A stretch of DNA of 64,000 nt from an uncultured Bulleidia sp. (GCA_934757945.1 CAKVLT010000001.1:4612-68611), one strand, 5' to 3'; counted from the stretch's first letter, positions 1 to 10,504 are shown. Notes: generated from the letters alone by a model not told the origin. A program made the numbers and translations.

Positions 1-1178
1 GGGATACTGACTGTACCACTTTGTGGCTTATAGATGCCTGCTAACAGCTTTGCACATGTAGACTTACCACTTCCACTTTCACCTACAAAAGCCACTTTTT
101 TACCTGCCGGTATATGAAAAGACAGGGAATGTAAAACTTCTGAATAATCAGGATAAGAAAAACAAACATCATGAAAAGCAATTTCATCCATACCTTCTTC
201 ACGCGTATCCACCATTTCCGGCAGTCTCAGAATTTCCAGTAATCTTTCCTCATGAGGCAGTGCTTCTTCCAGGAAATTAGAATATAGTCCTATACTCACT
301 AATCCCTGCCATATAAGATCAATCATCGAAATACCTACCAGAATCTTAGAAAACGGTAAATATCCTTTTTCTGCAAGAAAACCTCCTGTAACCAGAATAA
401 GAAGATAAGAAAGACAATTCATTGTGATATGAATACAGAAACCACGTATACTCTGATATTTACCCGATGCTTTCAGGTTGTCAGATACTGGTTCAAAAAA
501 TTGAAATGCTTTCTTTTCAAAGCGCTTCTGCAAAGAAAAAGTGCGTATTTCTTCACTGCCATAGATAGCTTCAGAAATATATTTCAAGGCCAGGCCTTTT
601 GCTTTGCTTGCATTGCCTTCTGCTTCTGCTTTCTGTTTTGCATACAGATGTACTGAACCAAATCCAAGTAACGCACACAATATGCATACCATTGCCACTA
701 ACACATTCAGATGGAAAAGATAGATAACACAAAATATACCTGCCAGAAATGGCTCATAGACCCATCCTGCCATATACTCTCCAAACAAATGACTGACATA
801 TGGTAAATCAATTGTTAATCGATTTAAAATCTCTTCAGCAGTATATGTACCTGTCTTGCATTCTTCTCCATGAACATAAGCAGAAAGAATATCTTCTCGT
901 ATGGCATTTTGAACTGCATATTCCACTTTTGTAAAACATATAAGGCACAGAGAAGAAATCACTGTCGCAAGTACAACAAGTAATAAGTACAGTAAGGAAG
1001 AGGTTAAAATTGCACTTTCTTTCTCGCTCACCAAAGAAAACACATTAGATAACATGACACCTACAGAAGAAAACAATACTACATAGCTAAGAGCCAGAAA
1101 AACACAGGCAGCAAAGAATCGAATTCTATAAGGTTTAAAATATGGATAAAATGCAGAATATGCTTCTTTTCTTTTCAT
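1..1178 (-). CDS. ABC transporter ATP-binding/permease fusion protein (type-I exporter half-transporter); C-terminus runs off the window
   Basis: The minus-strand translation starts MKRKEAYSAFYPYFK. It shows transmembrane segments, then an ABC ATPase domain with Walker A GESGSGKST. An AAGGAGG Shine-Dalgarno sits about 10 nt upstream. The start codon overlaps the stop of the upstream ABC gene (ATGA), which points to a coupled heterodimeric exporter pair. Confidence 0.8.
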   Translation of the reverse strand, partial: MKRKEAYSAFYPYFKPYRIRFFAACVFLALSYVVLFSSVGVMLSNVFSLVSEKESAILTSSLLYLLLVVLATVISSLCLICFTKVEYAVQNAIREDILSAYVHGEECKTGTYTAEEILNRLTIDLPYVSHLFGEYMAGWVYEPFLAGIFCVIYLFHLNVLVAMVCILCALLGFGSVHLYAKQKAEAEGNASKAKGLALKYISEAIYGSEEIRTFSLQKRFEKKAFQFFEPVSDNLKASGKYQSIRGFCIHITMNCLSYLLILVTGGFLAEKGYLPFSKILVGISMIDLIWQGLVSIGLYSNFLEEALPHEERLLEILRLPEMVDTREEGMDEIAFHDVCFSYPDYSEVLHSLSFHIPAGKKVAFVGESGSGKSTCAKLLAGIYKPQSGTVSI

Positions 1179-2764
1179 TTTCCATACACCTCCTTATATT
1201 GAGGATAAGAACCATCAAAAACAACTTTCCCTTCTTTAAACACAAGTATCTGATCCATTTGTTTTAAATACTCTAATTGATGTAAAGAAAAGATACAGGT
1301 AGAAGAAAGAGAAGGCTGTAGCAGTTCTTGCAAAACGGCATGTGCATTGGCCGCATCCAATGCAGAAATGGATTCATCAAAAAGAAGGATATCCTTTGCA
1401 TGGTACAATGCTCTTGCCAGCGCAATTCTCTGTCTTTGACCGCCAGACAGATTTCCACCATTATTTTCAATTTCTCTGTTTTCCATGTTTTCAAGCTTTG
1501 CTTTAGACAAAGAATCTGTCAGCTTTTCCTCATCCACATGATCTTCTAAAGCAACATTGCCATACAGTGTGTCTGTAAACAGATAGGGGAACTGTTGAGT
1601 AAATACAGCCTCTTTACTAAGACAGGATCCTGAAGATGGCAGAATCATATGCGCTATCAGTTTCAAAGCAGTAGACTTACCACTTCCACTTTCCCCTATA
1701 AAAGCAACTTTACTGCCTTGCTTAAGAGTAAATGAAACATCTTGTAACGCATATGTATCTTCACCTGGATACGTATAATACACATGATTAAACACAATAT
1801 TCTGACTATCCGCAGCCGGATAGCTTTTTTCTTCCTGATTCAAAAACTGTTCAATACGCTGCACAGACACTCTCTCTTTTCTGTACGTCACGATGTAATC
1901 TGTATAGTGCAACTGAGATGGAACAATTTCCTGACACAGATAGAAAAAAGCCATAAACACTCCCAAAGAAATATGTGGATACAACAAAACAGAAGCAAGG
2001 CAAACAGAAAGCACTGGAAGGACACCACACAGTAAACCAATCACCTTAACCGGTGCAGTCACTTTTGTCATGTTTATCACCTGTTGCGTATATTCTTTCT
2101 GTGATGCCGCATATATCCGTTTAGAAAAAGCATATGCCTTGTTGGTCTGAATTGTCATTTTATGATCCAGTACATCTTTCAGATGTCCATTCAGATTCAC
2201 TTCTGCTTCCTTTGCTTTTTCACTTACCTTTTCTACACTATGTGAGGTCTTCCATTGTAAAAATACAGAAAGAAACACTGCACAGAAATAAACAAAGAAC
2301 AGCAAAGGAGATAACATGCACATATACACGAGAATAAAGAGAAGCCGTATAGTTTCAAACAGTATAGTTGTTAACGTATCACACAGACAATTCAAAGTAC
2401 TGTCACAATCCGTAGACAGCAATGTATACGTCTCTTTTGTATTTTGAAGGCTTTTTGAATCATATGGCAAGGCATTTATCTTATGCAGAATATCAGCATA
2501 CAGCTGTTTGAAAAATGAAGCCTGCATATGCATAATTACCTGTCTGTTAAGACTGTTGTTAAATACCCCCAGCAGTATATAGTTTCCTGTTAATAAAAAA
2601 AGAAGAGAAGAGATACCAGTTAACCCGTTTGCAGAAATATGCATGGTAAGCGAACTGATTTCAGAAGATATACAGATAGTCACTAACGTTGTAGCAACAG
2701 CCAGAATAAGTAGTAATGAATAATACCCTTTCACATGTTTTAAACGCTTCAATAAAGACAACAT
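1175..2764 (-). CDS. ABC transporter ATP-binding/permease fusion protein (exporter half-transporter)
   Basis: 529 aa with an N-terminal six-helix membrane domain. The ATPase motifs are all present: Walker A GESGSGKST, signature LSGGQRQRIALARAL, Walker B ILLFDESISALD and an H-loop. Confidence 0.9.
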   Translation of the reverse strand: MLSLLKRLKHVKGYYSLLLILAVATTLVTICISSEISSLTMHISANGLTGISSLLFLLTGNYILLGVFNNSLNRQVIMHMQASFFKQLYADILHKINALPYDSKSLQNTKETYTLLSTDCDSTLNCLCDTLTTILFETIRLLFILVYMCMLSPLLFFVYFCAVFLSVFLQWKTSHSVEKVSEKAKEAEVNLNGHLKDVLDHKMTIQTNKAYAFSKRIYAASQKEYTQQVINMTKVTAPVKVIGLLCGVLPVLSVCLASVLLYPHISLGVFMAFFYLCQEIVPSQLHYTDYIVTYRKERVSVQRIEQFLNQEEKSYPAADSQNIVFNHVYYTYPGEDTYALQDVSFTLKQGSKVAFIGESGSGKSTALKLIAHMILPSSGSCLSKEAVFTQQFPYLFTDTLYGNVALEDHVDEEKLTDSLSKAKLENMENREIENNGGNLSGGQRQRIALARALYHAKDILLFDESISALDAANAHAVLQELLQPSLSSTCIFSLHQLEYLKQMDQILVFKEGKVVFDGSYPQYKEVYGK

Positions 2765-2916
2765 ATTCTCTCCTTTCCGACAGAGTATATGTCTGATAAC
2801 TTTCTAAATACCTGTTCAACAGTCTTTTCTGTATATGACATTTTTGCCAGGCAAATCCCACATAATTTTCCAGCCGGCATTTCATGTATGACTTCTTCAA
2901 ACATTTCCTGTTGCAT
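2749..2916 (-). CDS. small hypothetical protein (55 aa, four Cys), translationally coupled to the ABC exporter
   Basis: The ORF is below the 60-aa cutoff of the supplied track. It reads MQQEMFEEVIHEMPAGKLCGICLAKMSYTEKTVEQVFRKLSDIYSVGKERICCLY. An AGGAAGGAG Shine-Dalgarno sits 7 nt upstream of the ATG. Its stop overlaps the ABC gene start (ATATGTTGTCTTTATTGA). Confidence 0.45.
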   Translation of the reverse strand: MQQEMFEEVIHEMPAGKLCGICLAKMSYTEKTVEQVFRKLSDIYSVGKERICCLY

Positions 2917-3080
2917 ACAAATACTCCTTCCTGTACCAATTATTCTTTATATATGGTTTGTTATAGCATATCCCCCCCAAAAAGGGATGACAGAAATGTT
3001 TTAACAAATGCAATACTTTATCTGACATTTTTTAACAAGTTTCTAACGTTACTTTTTTGCATTCGAGATGTAACAAAAAG

Positions 3081-3111
3081 CCCTTATCCATGCAGAATAA
3101 GAGCTTTAAGG
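3081..3111 (-). terminator. probable rho-independent terminator after the PTS IIB gene
   Basis: An 11-bp imperfect inverted repeat AAAGCCCTTAT/ATAAGAGCTTT is followed by a T-rich tract on the minus strand. Confidence 0.4.
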
Positions 3112-3129
3112 AGAAAATAATTGTTGAAA

Positions 3130-3435
3130 TTATTTGTTTAATGCTTTTTCAGCAATTGCCAGTGCGCCTTTACCGTCCATCAGACCATATACACGCATGT
3201 CGATAACATCGATTGGTGTATCCGGGAACATACCATGAATCTTATCCTTGGCAAAACGAACCTGAGGACCTAACAGGATGACATCCGCTGTCTTTCCTTT
3301 TTCAGGTGCTTCATTCATGGAATATGCAGCGATTTCATACTCCTTTCCTGCAGCACTTGCAGCTTCTTTCATCTTGTTGACAAGCAAGCTTGTAGACATA
3401 CCTGCTGAGCAGAATAATGTAATTTTCTGTGCCAT
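3130..3435 (-). CDS. PTS lactose/cellobiose-family EIIB component (orphan)
   Basis: 101 aa starting MAQKITLFCSAGMSTSLL, with the active-site Cys near residue 10. The size is typical of ChbB/CelA. No IIC or IIA gene lies adjacent. Confidence 0.8.
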   Translation of the reverse strand: MAQKITLFCSAGMSTSLLVNKMKEAASAAGKEYEIAAYSMNEAPEKGKTADVILLGPQVRFAKDKIHGMFPDTPIDVIDMRVYGLMDGKGALAIAEKALNK

Positions 3436-3571
3436 ACTTTACGTACCTTCTTTCTGTTTTTAGAATACTCCGGAAGCGGTTTCATTTCAATAAAAAAAAC
3501 GTTTTTCAAAACTTTTATACAGCTTATTCAGAAAAATGATGTAAGACTTACATTTTATGCCATGAAAAAAC

Positions 3572-3607
3572 GCATAAACAAAAAGAAGAGGTCTCCCTCT
3601 CCTTTTC
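3572..3607 (-). terminator. possible terminator of the pur operon
   Basis: A short GAGAGG...CCTCTT hairpin is followed by CTTTTTGTTTAT on the minus strand, just 3' of the purL stop. Confidence 0.3.
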
Positions 3608-3609
3608 TC

Positions 3610-6600
3610 TTACTTAAAGTAGTCTACAGCACCCTTGAACAGCAGTTCCTGTGTTTCGATTTCTCCTACGTTGGAATATAAACCTTCACCACTTCTTTCA
3701 CTGTGTCCCATCTTACCAAGAATTCTGCCATCTTTACTTGTAATGCCTTCTACAGCCTGATAGGAATTATTTGGATTGAAACGAATATCACTTGTAGGAT
3801 TGCCTTCCAGATCACAATACTGAGCCACAATCTGCCCATGTCTCTTTAATCTTTCAAACAGATCAGGTTCGATAACGAATCTTCCTTCACCATGAGAAAT
3901 AGCTACAGTCTGTACATCACCCGGTTTCATGTAACGTAACCATGGAGATCTGTTAGACGCAATTCTTGTCTTTACAAGCATACTCTGATGTCTGCCGATA
4001 GTATTGAAAGTTAATGTAGGACAATGTTCATCAGTATCCACTATCTTTCCATAAGGCACCAAACCAAGTTTAATCAATGCCTGGAATCCATTACAGATAC
4101 CTAACATCAGACCTTCTCTTTCTTCCAGCATTTCATTGACTGCTGAAGAAACCTTAGGATTTCTGAAGAAGGCAACAATAAACTTACCGGATCCATCAGG
4201 TTCATCACCACCGGAGAATCCACCAGGAATAGCAATAATCTGAGACTTCTTAATACTTTCCACAAATCTGTCTACAGACGCATTAATCTGTGCACCTGTT
4301 CTGTTTTGAATAACAAAGATTTCTGTTTCAGCACCATACTTTTCAAAAGCTCTGGCAGTATCCCATTCACAGTTTGTGCCTGGGAACACTGGAATCAGTA
4401 CATGTGGTTTTTCGCATGTATAGCTTGCATGCAGTACTTCATCTGTTTCATAAGTCACAGGCTCATACTGTTTTGCTTCTTTTTCTTCAAGATAAGGGAA
4501 TACTTTCTGTAATGTAGATTCATAATCCTGCTGTAATACATCAAGATCAATATCTTCATCTTTAATGCTTAATGTATACGCATCAAGTGTTACACCTACA
4601 AGAGTACCCACTTCCAGATCCTGATCCGTTTCAATTAAGAAGCTGCCTGTCTTATCTTTGAACAGTTCTTCCACATCAATATTAGAATCTGCTCTGCAAC
4701 CGATACGGTTACCTAAAGAGCACTTGAGAAATGCTTCGGCAAGACCATTTCTTCCAAGAGAATAGCAAGATAATACCTTTCCTTCTCTGATTAAGGATTC
4801 CATAGTGTCCATAGTTTCTTTAATGGAATCCCATACAGGTAATCCCTGATCATCATATTCCATTTCCAGAAGGTACAGATTATGACTTCCACCCTTCCAT
4901 TCATCAGAAACGGCTTTATCTGCTTTACATGTAGATACAGCAAAGGCAATCAATGTTGGAGGAACATCCAAGTCATCAAATGTACCACTGCTGGAGTCTT
5001 TACCACCGATAGCCGCAACTTCCAGATTTATCTGTGCCTGTAAAGCACCAAGTAATGCCGCAAATGGTTTACCCCACTTAAGTGGTTCTTCGTTAGTTCT
5101 TCCAAAGTATTCCTGGAAACTCATCCAGCTGTGCTTTCTGTTACCACCTGATGCAATCATCTTACTGATAGCGGAGATAACGGATTTTTCAGCACCGATA
5201 AACGGAGATTTTTCCATCTGATATGGGTCAAAGCCCCAGCTCATAATAGAAGCTGTATTAGTATTGCCTTTTAACATCGGAATCTTTGCACACATTGCCT
5301 GTGTTGGTGTCAACTGATGTTTTCCACCAAATGGCATGGTGACTGTATTGGAACCAATAGTAGAGTCAAATCTTTCACTTAAACCAACCTGGCTTGTGAC
5401 ATTGAGATCTTTTGCAAGAGCTGTAAATCTTTCTTCTGTTGTACCGTTAGTAACTGCAGTATTGTCTGCTGTTTCTGCAGGCACTTCCACAGTTGTATAT
5501 TTAGGAGCACCGTTTGTATCCAGGAATGCTCTGGATATATTCACAATAGCAGTTCCATCCAGATTCATAATCATTCTTGGATCTTCTTTAACAACTGCCA
5601 CAACTGTAGACTCCAGATTTTCCTCATCAGCAAGAGTCTGGAATTTTTCCACATCTTCTTTACGCACAACAACAGCCATTCTTTCCTGAGATTCACTGAT
5701 GGCAAGTTCTGTGCCGTTTAAGCCCTTGTACTTTACAGGGACTTTGTTCAGATCAATTTCCAGTCCATCCGCAAGTTCACCGATAGCTACAGAAACACCA
5801 CCTGCACCAAAGTCATTACAACGTTTGATCAGTCTTGTGGCTTCAGGATTTCTGAATAATCTCTGTAACTTTCTTTCTTCAGGAGCGTTACCTTTCTGTA
5901 CTTCTGCACCACAGGATTCCAAAGATTCTTCTGTATGTGCCTTGGAGGAACCTGTTGCGCCTCCACACCCGTCTCTGCCTGTCTTACCGCCTAAAAGAAT
6001 GACAACATCTCCTGGCTCAGGTCTTTCTCTGACTACGTTTTCACTTGGAGCAGCCGCGATAACCGCACCTACCTCCATACGTTTTGCCACATAGTTTGGA
6101 TGATAGATTTCATGTACAAGACCAGTCGCAAGCCCAATCTGGTTACCATAAGAGGAATATCCTGCTGCTGCAGTAGTCACAATCTTTCTTTGTGGAAGCT
6201 TACCTTCCATAGTCTTTTCAATTGGAACTGTAGGATCTGCAGCACCTGTAATACGCATTGCCTGATAGACATAGCTTCTTCCACTCAGTGGATCTCTGAT
6301 AGCACCACCTAAACATGTAGCTGCTCCACCAAATGGTTCAATTTCTGTAGGATGGTTATGTGTTTCATTCTTGAACATTAATAACCAGTCCTGGTCTTCT
6401 CCATCCACGTCAACCTTGATCTTTACAGAACATGCATTAATTTCTTCAGATTCATCCAGATCCTTTAACTTACCTGTCTTCTTCAGATATTTGGCACCAA
6501 TAGTACCAAGATCCATTAATGTTTCAGGTTTTGGTGTTCTTCCTTCATATACAACATCTCTTAGTTTTTCATACTCAGCATATGCCTTCTGTACATAGTC

Positions 6601-7326
6601 CGGAACGATTTCCACACTCTTTAAGACAGTGTTAAATGTTGTATGACGGCAATGGTCACTCCAGTAGGTATCTACTACCATCACTTCTGTAATTCTCGGA
6701 TCTCTGTGCTCGGTGTTTTTAAAGTACTCCTGTAAACACTGAATATCTGCAAGATCCATTGCAAGTCCTTTTTCTTTACGGAAAGCTTCCAGTCCTTCTG
6801 TATCCAGTTCGTTAAAGCCTGTTAACACTTCAGGAAGTTCAGGTTTTTCATAAGAATCCTGTAATGTTTCAGGTTTTGCAGGGGATGCTACACGTGCTTC
6901 TACAGGATTAATCAGTGTATGAGAAATCTTTTCTTTTTCTTCTTCACTGTAAGAACCTTTGATATAGTACACTCTTGCACTTTTGACTAATGGTCTGTCT
7001 TTTGCAGTCGCAAGCTGAATACACTGCGCACAGGAATCAGCTCTCTGATCAAACTGACCAGGCAGATATTCTACACATAATACCCATTCATCTTCAGATG
7101 GAGCCGGAGCAGTTTCGTCATACAGAGTATCTAACTGCGGTTCAGAAAGAATGGTGTGTTTTGCATTTTCATAATCTTCTCTGTCAATATTTTCAATGTC
7201 ATATCTGTTTAAAACTCTGACACCTTCTACTTCTCTCAGAAGTGCTGTTTCCAGGTCTTTCTTGACAGAACCTGCTTCTACAGCAAATGCCGGTTTCTTT
7301 TCTACAAAACAACGATATACGCTCAT
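3610..7326 (-). CDS. purL: phosphoribosylformylglycinamidine synthase, large single-chain form
   Basis: 1238 aa with AIR-synthase-like repeats and a C-terminal glutamine amidotransferase domain. Its position at the distal end of the pur operon fits. Confidence 0.92.
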   Translation of the reverse strand: MSVYRCFVEKKPAFAVEAGSVKKDLETALLREVEGVRVLNRYDIENIDREDYENAKHTILSEPQLDTLYDETAPAPSEDEWVLCVEYLPGQFDQRADSCAQCIQLATAKDRPLVKSARVYYIKGSYSEEEKEKISHTLINPVEARVASPAKPETLQDSYEKPELPEVLTGFNELDTEGLEAFRKEKGLAMDLADIQCLQEYFKNTEHRDPRITEVMVVDTYWSDHCRHTTFNTVLKSVEIVPDYVQKAYAEYEKLRDVVYEGRTPKPETLMDLGTIGAKYLKKTGKLKDLDESEEINACSVKIKVDVDGEDQDWLLMFKNETHNHPTEIEPFGGAATCLGGAIRDPLSGRSYVYQAMRITGAADPTVPIEKTMEGKLPQRKIVTTAAAGYSSYGNQIGLATGLVHEIYHPNYVAKRMEVGAVIAAAPSENVVRERPEPGDVVILLGGKTGRDGCGGATGSSKAHTEESLESCGAEVQKGNAPEERKLQRLFRNPEATRLIKRCNDFGAGGVSVAIGELADGLEIDLNKVPVKYKGLNGTELAISESQERMAVVVRKEDVEKFQTLADEENLESTVVAVVKEDPRMIMNLDGTAIVNISRAFLDTNGAPKYTTVEVPAETADNTAVTNGTTEERFTALAKDLNVTSQVGLSERFDSTIGSNTVTMPFGGKHQLTPTQAMCAKIPMLKGNTNTASIMSWGFDPYQMEKSPFIGAEKSVISAISKMIASGGNRKHSWMSFQEYFGRTNEEPLKWGKPFAALLGALQAQINLEVAAIGGKDSSSGTFDDLDVPPTLIAFAVSTCKADKAVSDEWKGGSHNLYLLEMEYDDQGLPVWDSIKETMDTMESLIREGKVLSCYSLGRNGLAEAFLKCSLGNRIGCRADSNIDVEELFKDKTGSFLIETDQDLEVGTLVGVTLDAYTLSIKDEDIDLDVLQQDYESTLQKVFPYLEEKEAKQYEPVTYETDEVLHASYTCEKPHVLIPVFPGTNCEWDTARAFEKYGAETEIFVIQNRTGAQINASVDRFVESIKKSQIIAIPGGFSGGDEPDGSGKFIVAFFRNPKVSSAVNEMLEEREGLMLGICNGFQALIKLGLVPYGKIVDTDEHCPTLTFNTIGRHQSMLVKTRIASNRSPWLRYMKPGDVQTVAISHGEGRFVIEPDLFERLKRHGQIVAQYCDLEGNPTSDIRFNPNNSYQAVEGITSKDGRILGKMGHSERSGEGLYSNVGEIETQELLFKGAVDYFK

Positions 7327-8615
7327 TTCTCTAATACCTTTCTACCAATATCCGTACGGTAATGCATGTCTTCAAATGTAATTTCTTTAATTGCACCATA
7401 ACATGTGTCCAGTGCTTCCTTTAAAGTTGGAGCAGTTGCTTCAATACCCAGCACTCTTCCACCATTGGTATAGAATTTTCCATTCTCTTTCTTTGTGCCG
7501 GAATGGAATACTGTTACACCTGCATGCTGACCATTTTCATCAAGTCCGGAAATCTCATACCCTTTCTTATAGGCTTCAGGGTAGCCTCCGCTTGCTTCCA
7601 TGACACATGCTGCACAGGCATCTTTCCATGTAATATCCACCTGATCCAGTGTGCCATCATGGACATGCTGGAAAATAGTCATCAGGTCTGTATTTAATAA
7701 TGGTAAGACTACCTGTGTTTCAGGATCACCAAATCTGCAGTTATATTCCACAACCTTTGGTCCCTGCTTTGTTAACATCAGTCCAAAGTAAAGAACCCCC
7801 TTGAAAGGTCTTCCTTCTTTGTTCATGGCTTCTACAGTAGGTTCAAAGATTTCTTTTCTGCATCTTTCCGCAATTTCTGCTGTATAGAAAGGACTTGGAG
7901 CAATCGTACCCATACCACCTGTATTCAAGCCTTCATCATTATCATTGGCACGCTTGTGATCCATACTGGAAATCATAGGAACGATAGTCTTTCCATCTGT
8001 AAAAGACAGAACAGATACTTCAGGTCCTTCCATGAATTCCTCTACGACAACTTCATTACCGCTTTCGCCAAACTTCTTATCCACCATCAGTTCCTGAATA
8101 GCTTCAGAAGCTTCTTCCAGATTCTTTGCAATCAGAACACCTTTACCTAAGGCAAGACCATCTGCTTTTAATACACATGGGAAAGAGTTCTGTTCTTTAA
8201 CATAGGCAAATAATGTATCGGCATCATTGAAGACTTCATACTTTGCAGTAGGAATATTGTATTTCTTCATCAGATTCTTGGAGAATACTTTACTTGCTTC
8301 AATAACAGCAGCTTTCTTATCCGGTCCAAAACTTGAAATACCAGCTTCTTCCATGGCATCTACCATGCCTAAAGCTAATGGATCATCTGGAGTAACCACA
8401 CAGAAATCCACCGCTTCTTTTCTGGCAAGTTCCACCATGCCTTGCACATCCGTTGCTTTGACATCAACACATCTTGCAAGAGCAGAGATACCGCCGTTAC
8501 CAGGAGCACATAAGATTTCTGTAATTTCTTTATTTTCTTTTAATTTTGTAATGACCGCATGTTCACGGCCACCACTTCCAACAACCAATACTTTCATATG
8601 TATTTCTTCTTTCAA
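7323..8615 (-). CDS. purD: phosphoribosylamine--glycine ligase
   Basis: 430 aa starting MKVLVVGSGGREHA, with an ATP-grasp fold. Confidence 0.92.
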   Translation of the reverse strand: MKEEIHMKVLVVGSGGREHAVITKLKENKEITEILCAPGNGGISALARCVDVKATDVQGMVELARKEAVDFCVVTPDDPLALGMVDAMEEAGISSFGPDKKAAVIEASKVFSKNLMKKYNIPTAKYEVFNDADTLFAYVKEQNSFPCVLKADGLALGKGVLIAKNLEEASEAIQELMVDKKFGESGNEVVVEEFMEGPEVSVLSFTDGKTIVPMISSMDHKRANDNDEGLNTGGMGTIAPSPFYTAEIAERCRKEIFEPTVEAMNKEGRPFKGVLYFGLMLTKQGPKVVEYNCRFGDPETQVVLPLLNTDLMTIFQHVHDGTLDQVDITWKDACAACVMEASGGYPEAYKKGYEISGLDENGQHAGVTVFHSGTKKENGKFYTNGGRVLGIEATAPTLKEALDTCYGAIKEITFEDMHYRTDIGRKVLEK

Positions 8616-9794
8616 TTAATGATGGAATAAACGTAATCCGGAGAATGCCATGACCATATCATATTTATCTGCTGTTTCAATGACATTATCATCACGAATA
8701 GATCCGCCTGGTTCACTGACATATTTCACACCGCTTCTGTACGCTCTTTCAATGTTATCCCCAAATGGGAAGAATGCATCAGAGCCAAGACTGACACCCG
8801 TGTTCTTCTTTAACCATTCTTCTTTTTCTTCTTTTGTAAATTCTTCAGGTTTTACCTTAAATAAAGATTCCCACTGACCATCGGCAAGAACATCTTCACA
8901 ATGATCACCAATGTAATTATCAATGGCATTATCTCTGTCAGCTCTTCTGATATTGTCCACAAATGGCAAATTCAATACCTTTTCATGCTGTCTTAACCAC
9001 CAGTTATCTGCTTTGGAACCGGCAAGTCTTGTGCAGTGTACACGAGACTGCTGTCCTGCACCAACACCAATAACCTGTCCGTTTTTAGCATAGGCAACAG
9101 AGTTGGACTGTGTATATTTCAATGTAATCAGAGAAATCATCAGATCACGTTTTGCCTCTTCCGGTAAATCTGTATTCTTTGTGACGATGTTTTCAAATAA
9201 AGACTCATCGATAACAGAATCATTTCTTCCCTGTTCAAAAGTCACACCAAATACCTGTTTACGCTCAATTGGATCAGGCTTGTAGCTTTCCTCCATCTGA
9301 AGTACTACATAATTACCTTTTTTCTTAGATTTTAAGATTTCCAGTGCTTTTTCTGTATACCCTGGCGCAATCACACCGTCACTGACTTCCACTTTTAACA
9401 GTAATGCAGTTGCTTCATCACACACATCACTTAAAGCAGCAAAGTCACCATAAGAGCTCATTCTGTCTGCACCTCTTGCACGTGCATAAGCACTTGCTAA
9501 CGGTGTCAGTTCTACATCACCTGTGAAATAAATCTGTTTTTCCACATCACTTAATGGGCAGGCTACTGCAGCACCTGCAGGAGAAACGTGCTTAAAACTT
9601 GCAGCACTAGGTAAACCTGTAGCCTGTTTTAACTGCTGTACCAGCTGCCAGGAATTCAGTGCATCCAGGAAGTTAATGAAACCGGGTCTTCCGTTTAATA
9701 CTGTAACAGGTAATTCAGAACCATCTGCCATATAGATACGGCTCGGTTTCTGATTAGGGTTCATTCCATACTTTAATGCTAATTCGTTTGCCAT
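8616..9794 (-). CDS. purH: phosphoribosylaminoimidazolecarboxamide formyltransferase (AICARFT domain only; no MGS-like IMP cyclohydrolase domain)
   Basis: 392 aa matching the C-terminal AICAR transformylase half of bifunctional PurH. The usual N-terminal IMP cyclohydrolase domain is absent. Confidence 0.8.
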   Translation of the reverse strand: MANELALKYGMNPNQKPSRIYMADGSELPVTVLNGRPGFINFLDALNSWQLVQQLKQATGLPSAASFKHVSPAGAAVACPLSDVEKQIYFTGDVELTPLASAYARARGADRMSSYGDFAALSDVCDEATALLLKVEVSDGVIAPGYTEKALEILKSKKKGNYVVLQMEESYKPDPIERKQVFGVTFEQGRNDSVIDESLFENIVTKNTDLPEEAKRDLMISLITLKYTQSNSVAYAKNGQVIGVGAGQQSRVHCTRLAGSKADNWWLRQHEKVLNLPFVDNIRRADRDNAIDNYIGDHCEDVLADGQWESLFKVKPEEFTKEEKEEWLKKNTGVSLGSDAFFPFGDNIERAYRSGVKYVSEPGGSIRDDNVIETADKYDMVMAFSGLRLFHH

Positions 9795-9796
9795 TT

Positions 9797-10504
9797 CTAT
9801 TCTCCTTCGTTCTTATTGAAAATATAGGACATATATTCACCGGATGCAATGTCGATCTGTCTTGTGAATAAAGAGACTTTATTGTCTGCATTTAATGATT
9901 CCCATACATGTCTGGACCAGTCTTCAAATGGTTCTTTTACCATATCCCACTTTACAGGTTCTCCCTGAAAACTTGGAATTGGAGTGCCATTATCTACATA
10001 GGTATGAATAATTCTTCCTGTACCGTTTTTAACATGCTCATAGTCAAAGAAGAAACGTAATGTAGAACTTTCATCATTATCATCACTCTTTAAGATAGAC
10101 ATGGAGAAACCATCATTTTCAATAACTGCACTGATTCTAGGTGTCCAGTTAGGTCCATCTGGTTCAAAAGTTCTTGTACGCAGACTTTCTTCAAAGCTCT
10201 TACCTTCTGTATATCCATCATACACAGTATCTGTCTGATCCCCATTTGTCACAATGGTTTTGGAACCATGTACTCTGACAGGAGCATAAATGATTAAAGA
10301 CGGATCACTTAGTTTACTCGGATCATATGCCTGTGTACGGATACCTTCACCATCTTCTACAAACACTCTGTTTCTGGAGTTTTCACTTCTTCCCATGATG
10401 AAGTAAGCAACTCTGAGCTTCTTACCACACGGTGTTCTGCCGATGGCAATACCACGTCCAGGGTATTCTTTGGAAGATAAATATTCAAATAAATCTGCAC
10501 TCAT
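9797..10504 (-). CDS. purO: IMP cyclohydrolase, PurO (archaeal) type
   Basis: 235 aa starting [24 protein letters not shown], which is PurO-family-like. It sits where the missing cyclohydrolase activity of the truncated purH would be needed. Confidence 0.7.
   Translation of the reverse strand: MSADLFEYLSSKEYPGRGIAIGRTPCGKKLRVAYFIMGRSENSRNRVFVEDGEGIRTQAYDPSKLSDPSLIIYAPVRVHGSKTIVTNGDQTDTVYDGYTEGKSFEESLRTRTFEPDGPNWTPRISAVIENDGFSMSILKSDDNDESSTLRFFFDYEHVKNGTGRIIHTYVDNGTPIPSFQGEPVKWDMVKEPFEDWSRHVWESLNADNKVSLFTRQIDIASGEYMSYIFNKNEGE

Noticed and set aside
3495-3512. Catabolite-responsive-element-like palindrome ATGTAAGTCTTACAT upstream of the PTS IIB gene
   Set aside because: It is one nucleotide short of the 14-bp consensus and lacks the central CG, so it does not fit TGWAANCGNTNWCA.
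5336-6094. ORFs of 117-131 aa antisense within purL, and similar internal ORFs inside purD, purH, purM, proA, trkA and pyrC
   Set aside because: All are embedded opposite well-supported enzymes. None has a ribosome-binding site or homology. They are frame artefacts of AT-rich coding sequence.
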